Source: Erythrobacter sp.
Lineage (GTDB): Bacteria > Pseudomonadota > Alphaproteobacteria > Sphingomonadales > Sphingomonadaceae
Assembly (NCBI GenBank): GCA_044348875.1
Contig: JBIKSA010000005.1
Coordinates: forward strand, 112-64,111
Reading direction: 5' to 3'
DNA: 64,000 bases
Shown here: positions 1 to 8,840 of the stretch, piece after piece
How positions within the stretch are numbered: the first letter of the stretch is position 1
Layout: each line of letters opens with the position of its first letter
Translations under genes and position numbers: made by a program
The notes under the pieces: generated by a model
What the model was told of the DNA's origin: nothing
The model's database searches: none
Seen by the model: the letters and a program-made list of their open reading frames with translations, nothing else

Positions 1-1
1 A

Positions 2-46
2 GTGGGCGATTACGAGGCTTGGACCCCCGGCGGCACAGACGGCTGA
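2..46 (+). CDS. C-terminal fragment of NDUFA12-family (NADH:ubiquinone oxidoreductase accessory) protein, partial
   Basis: Frame reads VGDYEAWTPGGTDG-stop; DYEAWxP ending and position upstream of a DUF2155 gene fit this family from memory. Confidence 0.55.
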   Translation: MGDYEAWTPGGTDG

Positions 47-54
47 GACACGGG

Positions 55-657
55 GTGCGGCCTTTTCCTCTCGCCGTCACGCTGGTTAGTGCGCTGACGC
101 TGGCCGCGTGCGATTACTTCGCCGCGCCTGAGGCCGAAACGGTCGAAGTTCCGCTTGGCGAAGCGACGCCGGTTGCCGCTGCGTCGGCTGCGGCTGCACC
201 GGTCAACGATTACGGCGCGACCCCGATGAACGAGCGGGTCGCCGTGCTGGGCCTGCTGAACAAGCGCAACAATGTCTCCGAAGAGATCAAGCTGAAGCCT
301 GGCGAATCGCGTGAGATCGGCCCGGTGATCATCCGTGTCTCCGCTTGCGAGCGCACGGCGCCATGGGAATTGCCGCAGCAGACCGGCGCTTTCGTGCAGG
401 TCGATATTCGCGGCCGCGGCGCGACCCAGCATTCGCGCGTGTTTTCCGGCTGGATGTTCCTCGAATCGCCCAGCCTCAACGTCGTCGAACACCCGGTTTA
501 TGATGTTTGGGTCAAGGACTGCACGATGGCCTTCCCGGGCGAGGAAGGCCCGGCCGCCCCGACCGCCGATTCTTCGGGCAAGCCTGCCCGGCCTGTGGCC
601 TCGCCCTCGGCTCCGGCCTCACCGGCACCTGCGCCAACCCCCGCACCAGCGGTGTAA
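55..657 (+). CDS. DUF2155 domain lipoprotein
   Basis: GTG start at 55 gives lipobox LTLAAC; motifs VLGLLNKRN, ACERTAPWE, FSGWMF-ESPSLNVVEHPVYDVWVKDC; Pro/Ala tail. Confidence 0.8.
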   Translation: MRPFPLAVTLVSALTLAACDYFAAPEAETVEVPLGEATPVAAASAAAAPVNDYGATPMNERVAVLGLLNKRNNVSEEIKLKPGESREIGPVIIRVSACERTAPWELPQQTGAFVQVDIRGRGATQHSRVFSGWMFLESPSLNVVEHPVYDVWVKDCTMAFPGEEGPAAPTADSSGKPARPVASPSAPASPAPAPTPAPAV

Positions 658-1319
658 TCCGGGCCTGATACCGCCGAAAACCGGCGCCACGCTGTCCCCA
701 GGCTCGCCTGCGGATGGCCATGTGCGCGTTCGACCAGACGCCGGTAATCGCCCTGCGCCAGTTCATGCGCGCCCATCGAACGCAGATGCTCGGTCATGAA
801 CTGGCAATCCAGCAAGGCAAAACCGGCGTTCCGCATCAGCGCTACCAGCCATGCCAGCGCGACCTTGCTGGCGTCCGGAACACGGCTGAACATCGATTCG
901 CCGCAGAACACCCGGTCAAAACTCACCCCGTAAAGTCCGCCGACCAGTTCCGGAGTGCCGTCCGCCCCGGGCTGCCAGCATTCGACCGAGTGGGCGTGGC
1001 CTGCGCAGTGCAGGCTGACATAGGACTGGACGATCCGTTCGCTGATCCATGTATCGGGGTGGTCGGGGCGCGGTTCGGCACACGCGCGCACGACATGTTC
1101 GAACGCCCGGTCGAGCGTGACGGTAAAGCGATCGGCGCGGATCACCTTCTTCAGCGACTTGGACAGATGCAGCCCTTCGAGTGGGATGATAGCCCGGTCA
1201 TGCGGTTCCACCCAGAACACTTCCGGGTCATCGCGACGGTCCGCCATTGGGAAAATCCCGCTGCGATAGGCAAGAAGCAGAGTCTCGATCGGGATCGGAG
1301 GGCGTTGCGGCGTATGCAT
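498..1319 (-). CDS. aat: Leucyl/phenylalanyl-tRNA--protein transferase
   Basis: LLLAYRSGIFPMA, LVGGLYGV, FCGESMFSR, DASKVAL, LLDCQF motifs; start trimmed to MHTP at 1319. Confidence 0.93.
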   Translation of the reverse strand: MHTPQRPPIPIETLLLAYRSGIFPMADRRDDPEVFWVEPHDRAIIPLEGLHLSKSLKKVIRADRFTVTLDRAFEHVVRACAEPRPDHPDTWISERIVQSYVSLHCAGHAHSVECWQPGADGTPELVGGLYGVSFDRVFCGESMFSRVPDASKVALAWLVALMRNAGFALLDCQFMTEHLRSMGAHELAQGDYRRLVERAHGHPQASLGTAWRRFSAVSGPDYTAGAGVGAGAGEAGAEGEATGRAGLPEESAVGAAGPSSPGKAIVQSLTQTS

Positions 1320-1364
1320 GGTTGCAGCGCACAATACAGGCGCGCGGGCGTGTGGCAAAGAGGA

Positions 1365-1393
1365 TTGCCTAACGCGGGCTCCTTCGTTAAAGC
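1365..1393 (+). promoter_or_regulatory. Putative sigma70 promoter of tRNA-Trp
   Basis: TTGCCT-N17-TAAAGC followed by a GC-rich stretch, 18 nt before the tRNA. Confidence 0.5.
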
Positions 1394-1411
1394 CCGCGAC
1401 CTCAGCGCTGC

Positions 1412-1487
1412 AGGGGTGTAGCTCAGCTGGTAGAGCATCGGTCTCCAAAACCGAGGGCCACGGGTTCGAATCCTGTCACCCCTGCCA
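1412..1487 (+). tRNA. tRNA-Trp (CCA)
   Basis: 76 nt; acceptor AGGGGTG/CACCCCT, anticodon arm TCGGT-CTCCAAA-ACCGA, T-loop GGTTCGAATCC, encoded CCA; upstream of secE as usual. Confidence 0.98.
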
Positions 1488-1534
1488 ATTCTGTTTTTCA
1501 AACCGGCCTCCGCCGGCTGCCTCTCCAAGCGTTC

Positions 1535-1563
1535 TTGCATTTGCGCTGTTGCGCGCGTAAGGC
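1535..1563 (+). promoter_or_regulatory. Putative sigma70 promoter of secE-nusG
   Basis: TTGCAT-N17-TAAGGC. Confidence 0.45.
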
Positions 1564-1692
1564 GCTCAACGTCTCACCGACATCGGCAGAATATCCAGCC
1601 CCTCCGGCGACCTTGTCCCGGGCGGCGCGGAGCCCTACCTGAAAGCCGGCCGGACGAGACGTGAAGGCATTACGCGAAGGAACAAGGCTGGC

Positions 1693-1935
1693 ATGGCCGA
1701 CAAGCTGATCGCTCCCAAAGACGGGGCCGAAGAAAAGAAGCGCAAGACCTCGCCCGGCGAGTTCTTCAATCAGGTCAAGGCTGAGACGAACAAAATCGTC
1801 TGGCCGACCCGCGACGAAACCGTGCGCACGGCAATCTTCGTGTTCATCTTCATGTTGATCCTGTCGGTGTTCTTCCTCGGGATCGACAGCGCGTTCGGCG
1901 CGATCGTGCGGGCCGCTATCGGCCTTCTGCAATAG
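1693..1935 (+). CDS. secE: Preprotein translocase subunit SecE
   Basis: FFNQVKAETNKIVWPTRDET plus one TM helix; between tRNA-Trp and nusG. Confidence 0.96.
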   Translation: MADKLIAPKDGAEEKKRKTSPGEFFNQVKAETNKIVWPTRDETVRTAIFVFIFMLILSVFFLGIDSAFGAIVRAAIGLLQ

Positions 1936-1991
1936 GCCACCCCGCCTTTCGCATCCCTCTGCCCGTCAGACCCCATTTCCAAGGACTCCTC

Positions 1992-2528
1992 ATGGCTCGC
2001 TGGTATATCATCCACGCTTACTCCGGTTTCGAGAACAAGGTGCGCGATGCAATTATCTCGGAGGCCGATCGCCTCGGCCTTTCCGAAGGTGTCGAAGAAG
2101 TGCAGGTTCCGACCGAGACCGTGACGGAAGTGAAGCGCGGTAAAAAGGTGCAGGTCGAACGCAAGTTCATGCCCGGCTATGTCCTCGCCAAGCTGAACAT
2201 GACCGATGATATCTATCACCTCGTCAAGAACACCCCGAAAGTGACCGGCTTCTTGGGTTCGGGCAATAAGCCGCAAGCGATTTCGGAACGCGAAGCCTCG
2301 CGTTACTTCGGCGGCGTGGCTCAGGCCCAGGCAACCCCGAAGCGCGAAATCAGCGTGGATTACGAAATCGGGGATTCGGTCAAGGTGCTGGATGGCCCGT
2401 TCGCCAGCTTCAACGGGATCGTCGAAGAACTCGATTTCGACAAGGCCAAGGTCAAGGTTTCGGTGTCGATCTTCGGCCGCGCAACGCCCGTGGAGCTCGA
2501 TTTCGAACACGTGGAACTGTCGAAGTAA
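1992..2528 (+). CDS. nusG: Transcription termination/antitermination factor NusG
   Basis: RWYIIHAYSGFENKV, FMPGYVL, KOW VKVLDGPFASFNG, VSIFGRATPVEL. Confidence 0.99.
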   Translation: MARWYIIHAYSGFENKVRDAIISEADRLGLSEGVEEVQVPTETVTEVKRGKKVQVERKFMPGYVLAKLNMTDDIYHLVKNTPKVTGFLGSGNKPQAISEREASRYFGGVAQAQATPKREISVDYEIGDSVKVLDGPFASFNGIVEELDFDKAKVKVSVSIFGRATPVELDFEHVELSK

Positions 2529-2701
2529 GAACCCGTCTCGGCATCTGCCAGCGCAAGCGCCGCTTCGCTTCCCGCGAGGAAGCTGATGCGGTCGCCTTGC
2601 GGGCCGATGTGACCCTTCGCACTTACAAGTGCGCGCTGTGCGGCCAGTTTCATCTTACCAGCCGCACCAAGGGGCTTCGCCAGCCGCGCAGTTTCGGTTG
2701 A
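2525..2701 (+). pseudogene. Small C3H zinc-finger-like ORF (58 codons) lacking a canonical start; pseudogene or non-canonically initiated
   Basis: Manual translation VRTRLGICQRKRRFASREEADAVALRADVTLRTYKCALCGQFHLTSRTKGLRQPRSFG-stop; first codon GTA overlaps the nusG stop; not in ORF track. Confidence 0.65.
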
Positions 2702-2760
2702 TTTCGGACACGCCTGCGCCTATGCGCCCCCCTTCGCTGGCCCCCGGCCAGTGATTCCGT

Positions 2761-2802
2761 GCGGGAGCCTCTGCAATGCACGAAGCAGAGGCGTTTGACC
2801 GC
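2761..2802 (+). promoter_or_regulatory. rplK 5' leader hairpin (candidate L1 autoregulatory element)
   Basis: GCGG/CCGC and CCTCTGC/GCAGAGG stems flanking an internal loop; GGAGCCTCT...AGAGGCGTT resembles the enterobacterial rplK leader as recalled; TTGATT-N17-TATGCG at 2698-2726 upstream. Confidence 0.5.
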
Positions 2803-2859
2803 TCAACATGAGCCTGCGCTGGAAACAGCCGGGCAACAGTGCGACAGGAGTAAGGCCAC

Positions 2860-3291
2860 ATGGCCAAGAAAATCGAAGGCTATATCAAGCTGCAGGTGCC
2901 CGCCGGCTCTGCAACGCCCTCGCCGCCGATCGGCCCGGCGCTGGGTCAGCGCGGCGTGAACATCATGGAATTCTGCAAGGCGTTCAATGCCGCCACGCAG
3001 GAAATGGAAAAGGGCACGCCGATCCCGACCGTGATCACGGTTTACGGCGACCGTTCCTTCACCTTCATCACCAAGACCCCGCCCGCGTCGTTCTTCCTGA
3101 AGAAGGCGGCTGGCCTGAAGTCGGGCTCGAAGGAGCCCAGCAAGATTTCGGCTGGAACCATCAAGCAGTCGCAGATCCGTGAGATCGCGGAAGCCAAGAT
3201 GGCCGATCTGAACGCGAACGACATTGATCAGGCGATGAAGATCATCGCCGGTAGCGCCCGCTCGATGGGCCTCGAAGTGGTGGAGGGCTAA
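2860..3291 (+). CDS. rplK: 50S ribosomal protein L11
   Basis: [42 protein letters not shown]. Confidence 0.99.
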   Translation: MAKKIEGYIKLQVPAGSATPSPPIGPALGQRGVNIMEFCKAFNAATQEMEKGTPIPTVITVYGDRSFTFITKTPPASFFLKKAAGLKSGSKEPSKISAGTIKQSQIREIAEAKMADLNANDIDQAMKIIAGSARSMGLEVVEG

Positions 3292-3295
3292 TCCG

Positions 3296-3988
3296 ATGAC
3301 CAAGATCACCAAGAAGGCCAAGGTTCTGGCCGCGCTCGACCGCGAAAAGCTCTACACCGTTGACGAAGCACTCAACGTGCTGCGTCAGTACAAGACCAAG
3401 TTCGACGAAACCGTTGAAGTAGCCATGAACCTCGGCGTCGATCCGCGTCACGCCGACCAGATGGTCCGCGGCATGGTGTCGCTGCCCTCGGGTACCGGCA
3501 AGGATGTTCGCGTGGCCGTGTTCGCCCGTGGCGACAACGCCGAAAAGGCGCTGGCTGCCGGTGCTGACAAGGTTGGCGCGGAAGATCTGCTGGAAGACAT
3601 GCAGAACGGCAACCTCGACTATGACCGCGTGATCGCTTCGCCTGACATGATGGGCGTCGTCGGCCGTCTCGGCAAGGTGCTCGGCCCTAAGGGCCTGATG
3701 CCGAACCCGAAGCTCGGCACGGTTACCCCGAACGTCGCGCAAGCGGTCAAGGACGCCAAAAGCGGCCAGGTCGAATACCGCGTCGAAAAGCAGGGCATCA
3801 TCCACTCCGGCATCGGCAAGCTCAGCTTCTCGGATGACGCGCTGAAGGCGAACTTCAAGGCGCTGACCGAAGCTGTCGTGAAGTCCAAGCCCGCAGGCGC
3901 CAAGGGCAAGTACGTCCGCAAGGTCACCATGACCTCGTCGATGGGCCCGGGTTTGAAGGTTGACCTGAGCGAAGTCGAAGGCGCGTGA
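3296..3988 (+). CDS. rplA: 50S ribosomal protein L1
   Basis: [47 protein letters not shown]. Confidence 0.99.
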   Translation: MTKITKKAKVLAALDREKLYTVDEALNVLRQYKTKFDETVEVAMNLGVDPRHADQMVRGMVSLPSGTGKDVRVAVFARGDNAEKALAAGADKVGAEDLLEDMQNGNLDYDRVIASPDMMGVVGRLGKVLGPKGLMPNPKLGTVTPNVAQAVKDAKSGQVEYRVEKQGIIHSGIGKLSFSDDALKANFKALTEAVVKSKPAGAKGKYVRKVTMTSSMGPGLKVDLSEVEGA

Positions 3989-3994
3989 TTTGTG

Positions 3995-4095
3995 GGGGGC
4001 GAGCGCATCTGCCCTCGCCTTTCCCTGCTTATGCGACCTGAAGCTGGCATCGCTGCGAGCGGCCCGTCGTCCTTGCGATCCCTGCGGGGGCGCGG
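3995..4095. repeat. Degenerate REP-like intergenic element
   Basis: GCATCTG...GCATCGC...CGTCCTTGCGATCCCTGCGG; shares motifs with elements at ~11968 and ~21065. Confidence 0.35.
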
Positions 4096-4115
4096 CACGA
4101 CAATAAGCCAGTATT

Positions 4116-4155
4116 AAGGGGTCGGGAGCCGCGTGCTTCCGGCCCCTTTGCTTTT
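4116..4155 (+). terminator. Rho-independent terminator after rplA
   Basis: AAGGGGTCGGGAGC-CGCGT-GCTTCCGGCCCCTT stem followed by T-rich tail. Confidence 0.75.
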
Positions 4156-4277
4156 CGGAATTCCGGCAGGCCGCATCGACAGGTGGCCAATCACCCCCTT
4201 GATTTCGTATTCTACCTATCCAATTTGTTAAGACTGGTGCAGGCCCGCTACCGGGTGCTGCCCGTCATGCGCGAAGG

Positions 4278-4592
4278 ATGGAAACTACTATGCCCCGGGC
4301 ATCTGATGAACCTTTCTGGCTCAGCCCAAAGTGGTTGGTGCTGGGGGTTGCCCTCGCTGCTGAAGCATTGATGCTGAGCTACGATCTGCGGCTCGGGTTG
4401 GCGGCGGGCACGCTGTTCGGCGTAACCATAGCGGCATGGCTCTATATCGCGCTGCGCTATGGTTCGCTCAGCGGCGCGCCGTCCGTGCGCACCTCGTTGG
4501 TGGAACGGTCCCGCCAGCAGGAGCTCAATCGCCGCCGCGCAGCCCTGGAATCAGGCGCGCAGCAGGGCTCTGATCCGGCCGAGCGCCCCTGA
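4278..4592 (+). CDS. Small two-TM membrane protein, unknown function
   Basis: GAAGG RBS; two hydrophobic segments then charged tail. Confidence 0.65.
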   Translation: METTMPRASDEPFWLSPKWLVLGVALAAEALMLSYDLRLGLAAGTLFGVTIAAWLYIALRYGSLSGAPSVRTSLVERSRQQELNRRRAALESGAQQGSDPAERP

Positions 4593-5450
4593 GCGCTGGG
4601 CCAGCGCCTTCGCCTGGCTCACCCCGCTATCGAACCCGGCACGCGCGCCCAACAGCGTGCGATTGGTGAGCGTCGGTTCAAGCAGCACCAGACTGGAACA
4701 GGCCGCGCTGTGCGTCCCGAACAGCGCCTTGTGCGCGCCGTCGCCTTCGGTGAAATCGAACCAGCGATAATGCTCTTCGGCAAACAGCCGTTCCAGCGCG
4801 TCCATCTGCAACACCGTTCCGGGCGACAGCCGAGCGAACGCGGGATCATAGCCGAGATGGGCATAGACCAGCGTCTGCCCGCTGACCGGTAGCGACAGAT
4901 AGGCAATCGCTGCGCCACCCGCGTGCAGCAGGAAAGCGCGCATCTGCCCGTCCTCGGCCGCTTCCAGGATCGCGCGGCGCGATGCGGCATCCTCCGGCAG
5001 TCCGGCATCGAGCAGCCGCGCCTGATAGGTGCGCGCCGAAAGGGGCAGGGCAGCGGCCAGAAACGCCTCAATCTCGGCAGGGGTGCGATGTTCGGTCAGG
5101 CTATAGCCGCCGGTAACGTCCTTCAGCTTCCTCGCCTTACGCCGCAGGGTCGACCGCGTCTTGCCCGAGAATTGCTCCACATATGCGGCGTAGCTCTGCG
5201 CCATGTCGATATAGTGGCGGTGGTAATCCTGCCGACCGCCCGCGATGAAGCCGGGGTAATGCGTCATCACCGCGGCGATGCTGCCGGTGGGTGCGGATAG
5301 CACCCTTACTCCGTCCCGCCCGCTTGCCGGAGCATCGGGCAGCACGCCTGCCAGCACGTCTTCAAGGCTGAAGCCCCACGTCGACAGATTGCGCGGCACG
5401 CTCAGCAGGCGGCGCGACCCCAGCGTGAAATCGATAGCGAGGCCTGCCAT
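4551..5450 (-). CDS. GNAT family acetyltransferase (BioF2/CelD-like)
   Basis: FSGKTRSTLRRKARKL, YAHLGYDPAFARLSPGTVL, FDFTEGDGAHKALF. Confidence 0.85.
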   Translation of the reverse strand: MAGLAIDFTLGSRRLLSVPRNLSTWGFSLEDVLAGVLPDAPASGRDGVRVLSAPTGSIAAVMTHYPGFIAGGRQDYHRHYIDMAQSYAAYVEQFSGKTRSTLRRKARKLKDVTGGYSLTEHRTPAEIEAFLAAALPLSARTYQARLLDAGLPEDAASRRAILEAAEDGQMRAFLLHAGGAAIAYLSLPVSGQTLVYAHLGYDPAFARLSPGTVLQMDALERLFAEEHYRWFDFTEGDGAHKALFGTHSAACSSLVLLEPTLTNRTLLGARAGFDSGVSQAKALAQRSGALGRIRALLRA

Positions 5451-5462
5451 AATGCGCCGCGC

Positions 5463-6443
5463 CTAAAGCGCGCCGTACAGTGCGTTGGAGACGAATTGTT
5501 CGGCGAGCCGGTGCCCGGTGCGTATCGCGCTGGCCGGCAGCAATTCGTTCGGCCCGGTGGTCAGGCGCGGGGAGGGCGGGGAGCCAGCATAGTTGCCGGT
5601 GGTGACCCCGCGCATCTGCGCCAGCCCCTCGACCAGTCCGGCAAAGCGCCGCTGCACAATCCGGTTCACGGCCAGTTTGCGGCGATTGATCAGTTCAAAA
5701 GAGTGGCTGACCAGCGTGAAGCTTTGGCGCCCGCTATCGCGCGCATGGCGGATCGCGCAGAGCATCTCGACCAGCGTCAGGGCAGTGATTTGGGCATGGC
5801 GCTGCCCGCCGCCGATCGTGCTGATCGTGCCGACCGGGACTTCGATCACGCCCATGTAGCCGATCGGATCGCGGCATTCCTGACTGAGACTGATACGGTT
5901 CGCGCCGGCTGGCAGGGCCGGGCAATGGCTCGTGTCGTAATGGATGCCGATTGCCGCGAGCGCGCGCAGCGTGTCGTCGTTTGCACCGTAATTGCCCGCC
6001 CGGAACGCCACCGGCGCAGGCGCACCCGCTGCCATCAGGACGGAGCGGGCGTAGTCGAGGATCACGCACTGATCGTCGAACGAGAAATCGGCGATGTCAT
6101 GACCCATCCGCTTCGAAACCAGCGGATTGGCGCTGCCGGCGATCCCCAGCCATTCGGTATGGCAATGCAATTGGACATCCTGCCCCGCTTCCATGATCGG
6201 GGCGACGATGTCCTCGATGGCGGCAACTCCCCACACCAGCGCGGGCATTGGGTCGACGAAGAACACCGCTTTCTGGCCGTGTTCCTTCAGCAGTTCCAAT
6301 TTATGGCTGACGCCTGCAGGCCCATCGGGGGTCAGGCAGGCAATCGAACGGGCATAGTTTTCCGTGCGGTCGGTTGCCCCAGGCCCGGTGTAAAGGCCCG
6401 AGGAATACTCGGTATCGATGGTTATGAAGGCCTGCGTCGCCAT
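5463..6443 (-). CDS. Polysaccharide deacetylase-like protein
   Basis: AFITIDTE, QDVQLHCHTEW, FRAGNYG, YDTS: CE4/NodB-like metal-binding motifs. Confidence 0.85.
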   Translation of the reverse strand: MATQAFITIDTEYSSGLYTGPGATDRTENYARSIACLTPDGPAGVSHKLELLKEHGQKAVFFVDPMPALVWGVAAIEDIVAPIMEAGQDVQLHCHTEWLGIAGSANPLVSKRMGHDIADFSFDDQCVILDYARSVLMAAGAPAPVAFRAGNYGANDDTLRALAAIGIHYDTSHCPALPAGANRISLSQECRDPIGYMGVIEVPVGTISTIGGGQRHAQITALTLVEMLCAIRHARDSGRQSFTLVSHSFELINRRKLAVNRIVQRRFAGLVEGLAQMRGVTTGNYAGSPPSPRLTTGPNELLPASAIRTGHRLAEQFVSNALYGAL

Positions 6444-6510
6444 ACTTTAGGGCATAGCAAAACCGGGTTAAAACTGTGTGATGACGTCTCACGGCGTCTG
6501 CCGGACTGGG

Positions 6511-7272
6511 TCAGATCCCGCCGGGTGTGACCGGGTAACCTTGCGCGGCAAGATTATCGGTGAGGCTGGCGCTGCAGGCCTTCAGATCCTCTGCCCGGGT
6601 TGACCGGATCACGAAATTCGCACCGACGCGGCCTTCGCGGAAGAACGGATAGGAGCCGATCTGGCAGCTTTCGAACGCGGCCTCGGTCTGGCGCAGCACA
6701 TCGGCGACTTCGCTTTCGGGGATCCAGCCGCCCAGCGTTTCCGACAGGAGCGGCGCCCCGCCTTCCAACTGGCCGGTGAGCGCGTCAAGCATCCCGGCGG
6801 TGATATGCGGCACCCCTGCCATCAGGAAGAGATTGCCGCGCCGGATGCCGGGCGCGCCGGACATGCGGTTGGGGATCAGTTCCGATCCTTCGGGCACCCG
6901 CGCCATCCGTAGGCGACCTTCGTTCAGGCCGCCGCGCGTTTCGTAATACCGTTCCAGCAGCGCGCGCGCTTCGGGGTGGATGACCACCGGCACGCCGAGC
7001 GCTGCGGCGACCGCGTCCACGGTGATGTCGTCATGGGTCGGTCCGATCCCGCCAGTCGTGAACAGGTAATCGTAGGCGACGGACAGCGCGGTCACCGCCT
7101 CGATGATCCGGCTTTCCACGTCCGGCACCACCCGCACTTCGGACAGGCGGATGCCCTGCACCTGAAGCCAGGTTGCGACCTGCGCAATATTTTTGTCCTG
7201 CGTGCGGCCGGAGAGGATTTCGTCGCCGATGACGATCAGCGCGGCGGTCCAGATTTTTTCGGGAGAGGTCAT
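6511..7272 (-). CDS. CinA-like molybdopterin-binding domain protein
   Basis: IVIGDEILSGRTQDKN, TTGGIGPTHDDIT. Confidence 0.9.
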   Translation of the reverse strand: MTSPEKIWTAALIVIGDEILSGRTQDKNIAQVATWLQVQGIRLSEVRVVPDVESRIIEAVTALSVAYDYLFTTGGIGPTHDDITVDAVAAALGVPVVIHPEARALLERYYETRGGLNEGRLRMARVPEGSELIPNRMSGAPGIRRGNLFLMAGVPHITAGMLDALTGQLEGGAPLLSETLGGWIPESEVADVLRQTEAAFESCQIGSYPFFREGRVGANFVIRSTRAEDLKACSASLTDNLAAQGYPVTPGGI

Positions 7273-7331
7273 AGGGGATGGTTAGGGCAAGGCGCGCACA
7301 ATCAAAAGAGATTCGTCGTCTTGCCCTGCCC

Positions 7332-8840
7332 TTATTCAGCCGCTTCCAGCTGCTCCTCGCCCCGCTGCGCGTTTGCCCCTGCGCGGGTAAAGGTCAGGAG
7401 GCCGTCGGTCAGCGGATCGTCCTTCATCCGCTTGCGATCCAGCACATATTCCTGATTGAGCCGCCACGGATAGCTGACCGAATTGCGCGGCATGATGTGC
7501 TTGCCCCGCTGAATGTAACCGGACGAGAAATCGAACACATCGTCTTCAACGATCGCAGCCTCGCCCGCCGGGGTCAGCACCGGGGTGGCGATGGTCGCGC
7601 CGGTCTTGCGCATATGTTCGAGCACGCGGCAGACGTAATCCGAATTGATGTCCGCGCGCAAAGTCCAACTGGCGTTCAGATACCCGAACACCACCGCAAG
7701 GTTGGGCAGGTTCGAGAACATGCAGCCCTTGTAATAGAACCGCTGGTTGAACGCTACCGGCTCCCCATCGACGCGCACGTCGATCTTGCCTGCCACGGCC
7801 AGCTTCAGCCCGGTCGCGGTCACGACCACATCGGCGGGCAGGAATTGCCCGTCGGTCAGCAGCACGCCGCCTTTTTCAAACTTGGCGATATGGCCGGTGA
7901 CCACGTCCGCCTTGCCCGCCTTCATCGCGAGGAACAGATCCTGATCCGGCACAAGGCACAGCCGCTGTTCCCACGGATTGTAAGGCGGGGTGAAGGCCGC
8001 CTTGTCGTAATCCGGGCCGAGCGATTGCTCGATCTTCTTGTAAAGCGCGTCCTTCACCCTCTGCGGATTGTCGCGCGCCAGCTTGAAGCTGAAGTCCTGC
8101 ATCTTGATATTCTTGAACCGGGTCAGCCTGTAAGCCAGCTTTTCCGGCAGGATCTTGCGCAGGAAATTGGCGATCGCGTCCTTGGCAGGGCGGGTGAACA
8201 TCCAGGTAGGCGTGCGTTGGAGCATGGTGACGTGCGCGGCCTCGCGCGCCATCGACGGGACGATGGTCACTGCGGTTGCGCCCGATCCGATCACCACCAC
8301 CCGCTTGCCTGCATAATCGGGGTTTTCGGGCCAGAATTGCGGGTGCAACACTTCGCCCTCGAACGCGCCCAAGTCGAAGCCTGGATCATAGGCTTCGTCG
8401 TAATCGTAATAGCCGGAGCCGAGGTAGATGAAGTTCGCGGTCAGCTTGGCGCGCGATCCGTCGGCCTTTTCCATCTCCACGTGCCAGCGCGCGTCTTCAT
8501 GGTGGAAATCGGCGCTGATGACTTTCTGGCCAAAGCGAATGTGCTGGCGGATGCCGCGTTCATCGACGATCCGGTCGAGGTAATCGAGGATCGCGGGTGC
8601 ATCGGCGATGCTCTTTTCATGGCGCCACGGTTCGAAATCGAAGCCCAGCGTGTGCATATCGCTGTCCGAGCGAATGCCGGGATAGCGGAACAGATCCCAC
8701 GTCCCCCCCAGATTGTCGCGCCGTTCCACGATGCAGTAGGAATGGTGCGGGGCCTTCATCCCCATGTGCGCAGCCATTCCGATGCCGGAAATCCCGGCAC
8801 CGACGATCAGCACGTCGAAATCTGGCGGTGTTGCGGACAT
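7332..8840 (-). CDS. Flavin-containing (Baeyer-Villiger, EthA-like) monooxygenase
   Basis: GAGISG, GGTWDLFRYPGIRSDSD, LHPQFWP, GSGATA; start MSATP at 8840 with purine-rich RBS. Confidence 0.9.
   Translation of the reverse strand: MSATPPDFDVLIVGAGISGIGMAAHMGMKAPHHSYCIVERRDNLGGTWDLFRYPGIRSDSDMHTLGFDFEPWRHEKSIADAPAILDYLDRIVDERGIRQHIRFGQKVISADFHHEDARWHVEMEKADGSRAKLTANFIYLGSGYYDYDEAYDPGFDLGAFEGEVLHPQFWPENPDYAGKRVVVIGSGATAVTIVPSMAREAAHVTMLQRTPTWMFTRPAKDAIANFLRKILPEKLAYRLTRFKNIKMQDFSFKLARDNPQRVKDALYKKIEQSLGPDYDKAAFTPPYNPWEQRLCLVPDQDLFLAMKAGKADVVTGHIAKFEKGGVLLTDGQFLPADVVVTATGLKLAVAGKIDVRVDGEPVAFNQRFYYKGCMFSNLPNLAVVFGYLNASWTLRADINSDYVCRVLEHMRKTGATIATPVLTPAGEAAIVEDDVFDFSSGYIQRGKHIMPRNSVSYPWRLNQEYVLDRKRMKDDPLTDGLLTFTRAGANAQRGEEQLEAAE

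Noticed and set aside
2530-2660. Initially read as a REP-like element (GCATCTG, CGCTTCGCT, CGCACTTACAAGTGCG palindrome)
   Set aside because: Better explained by the zinc-finger reading frame, so not counted in the repeat family
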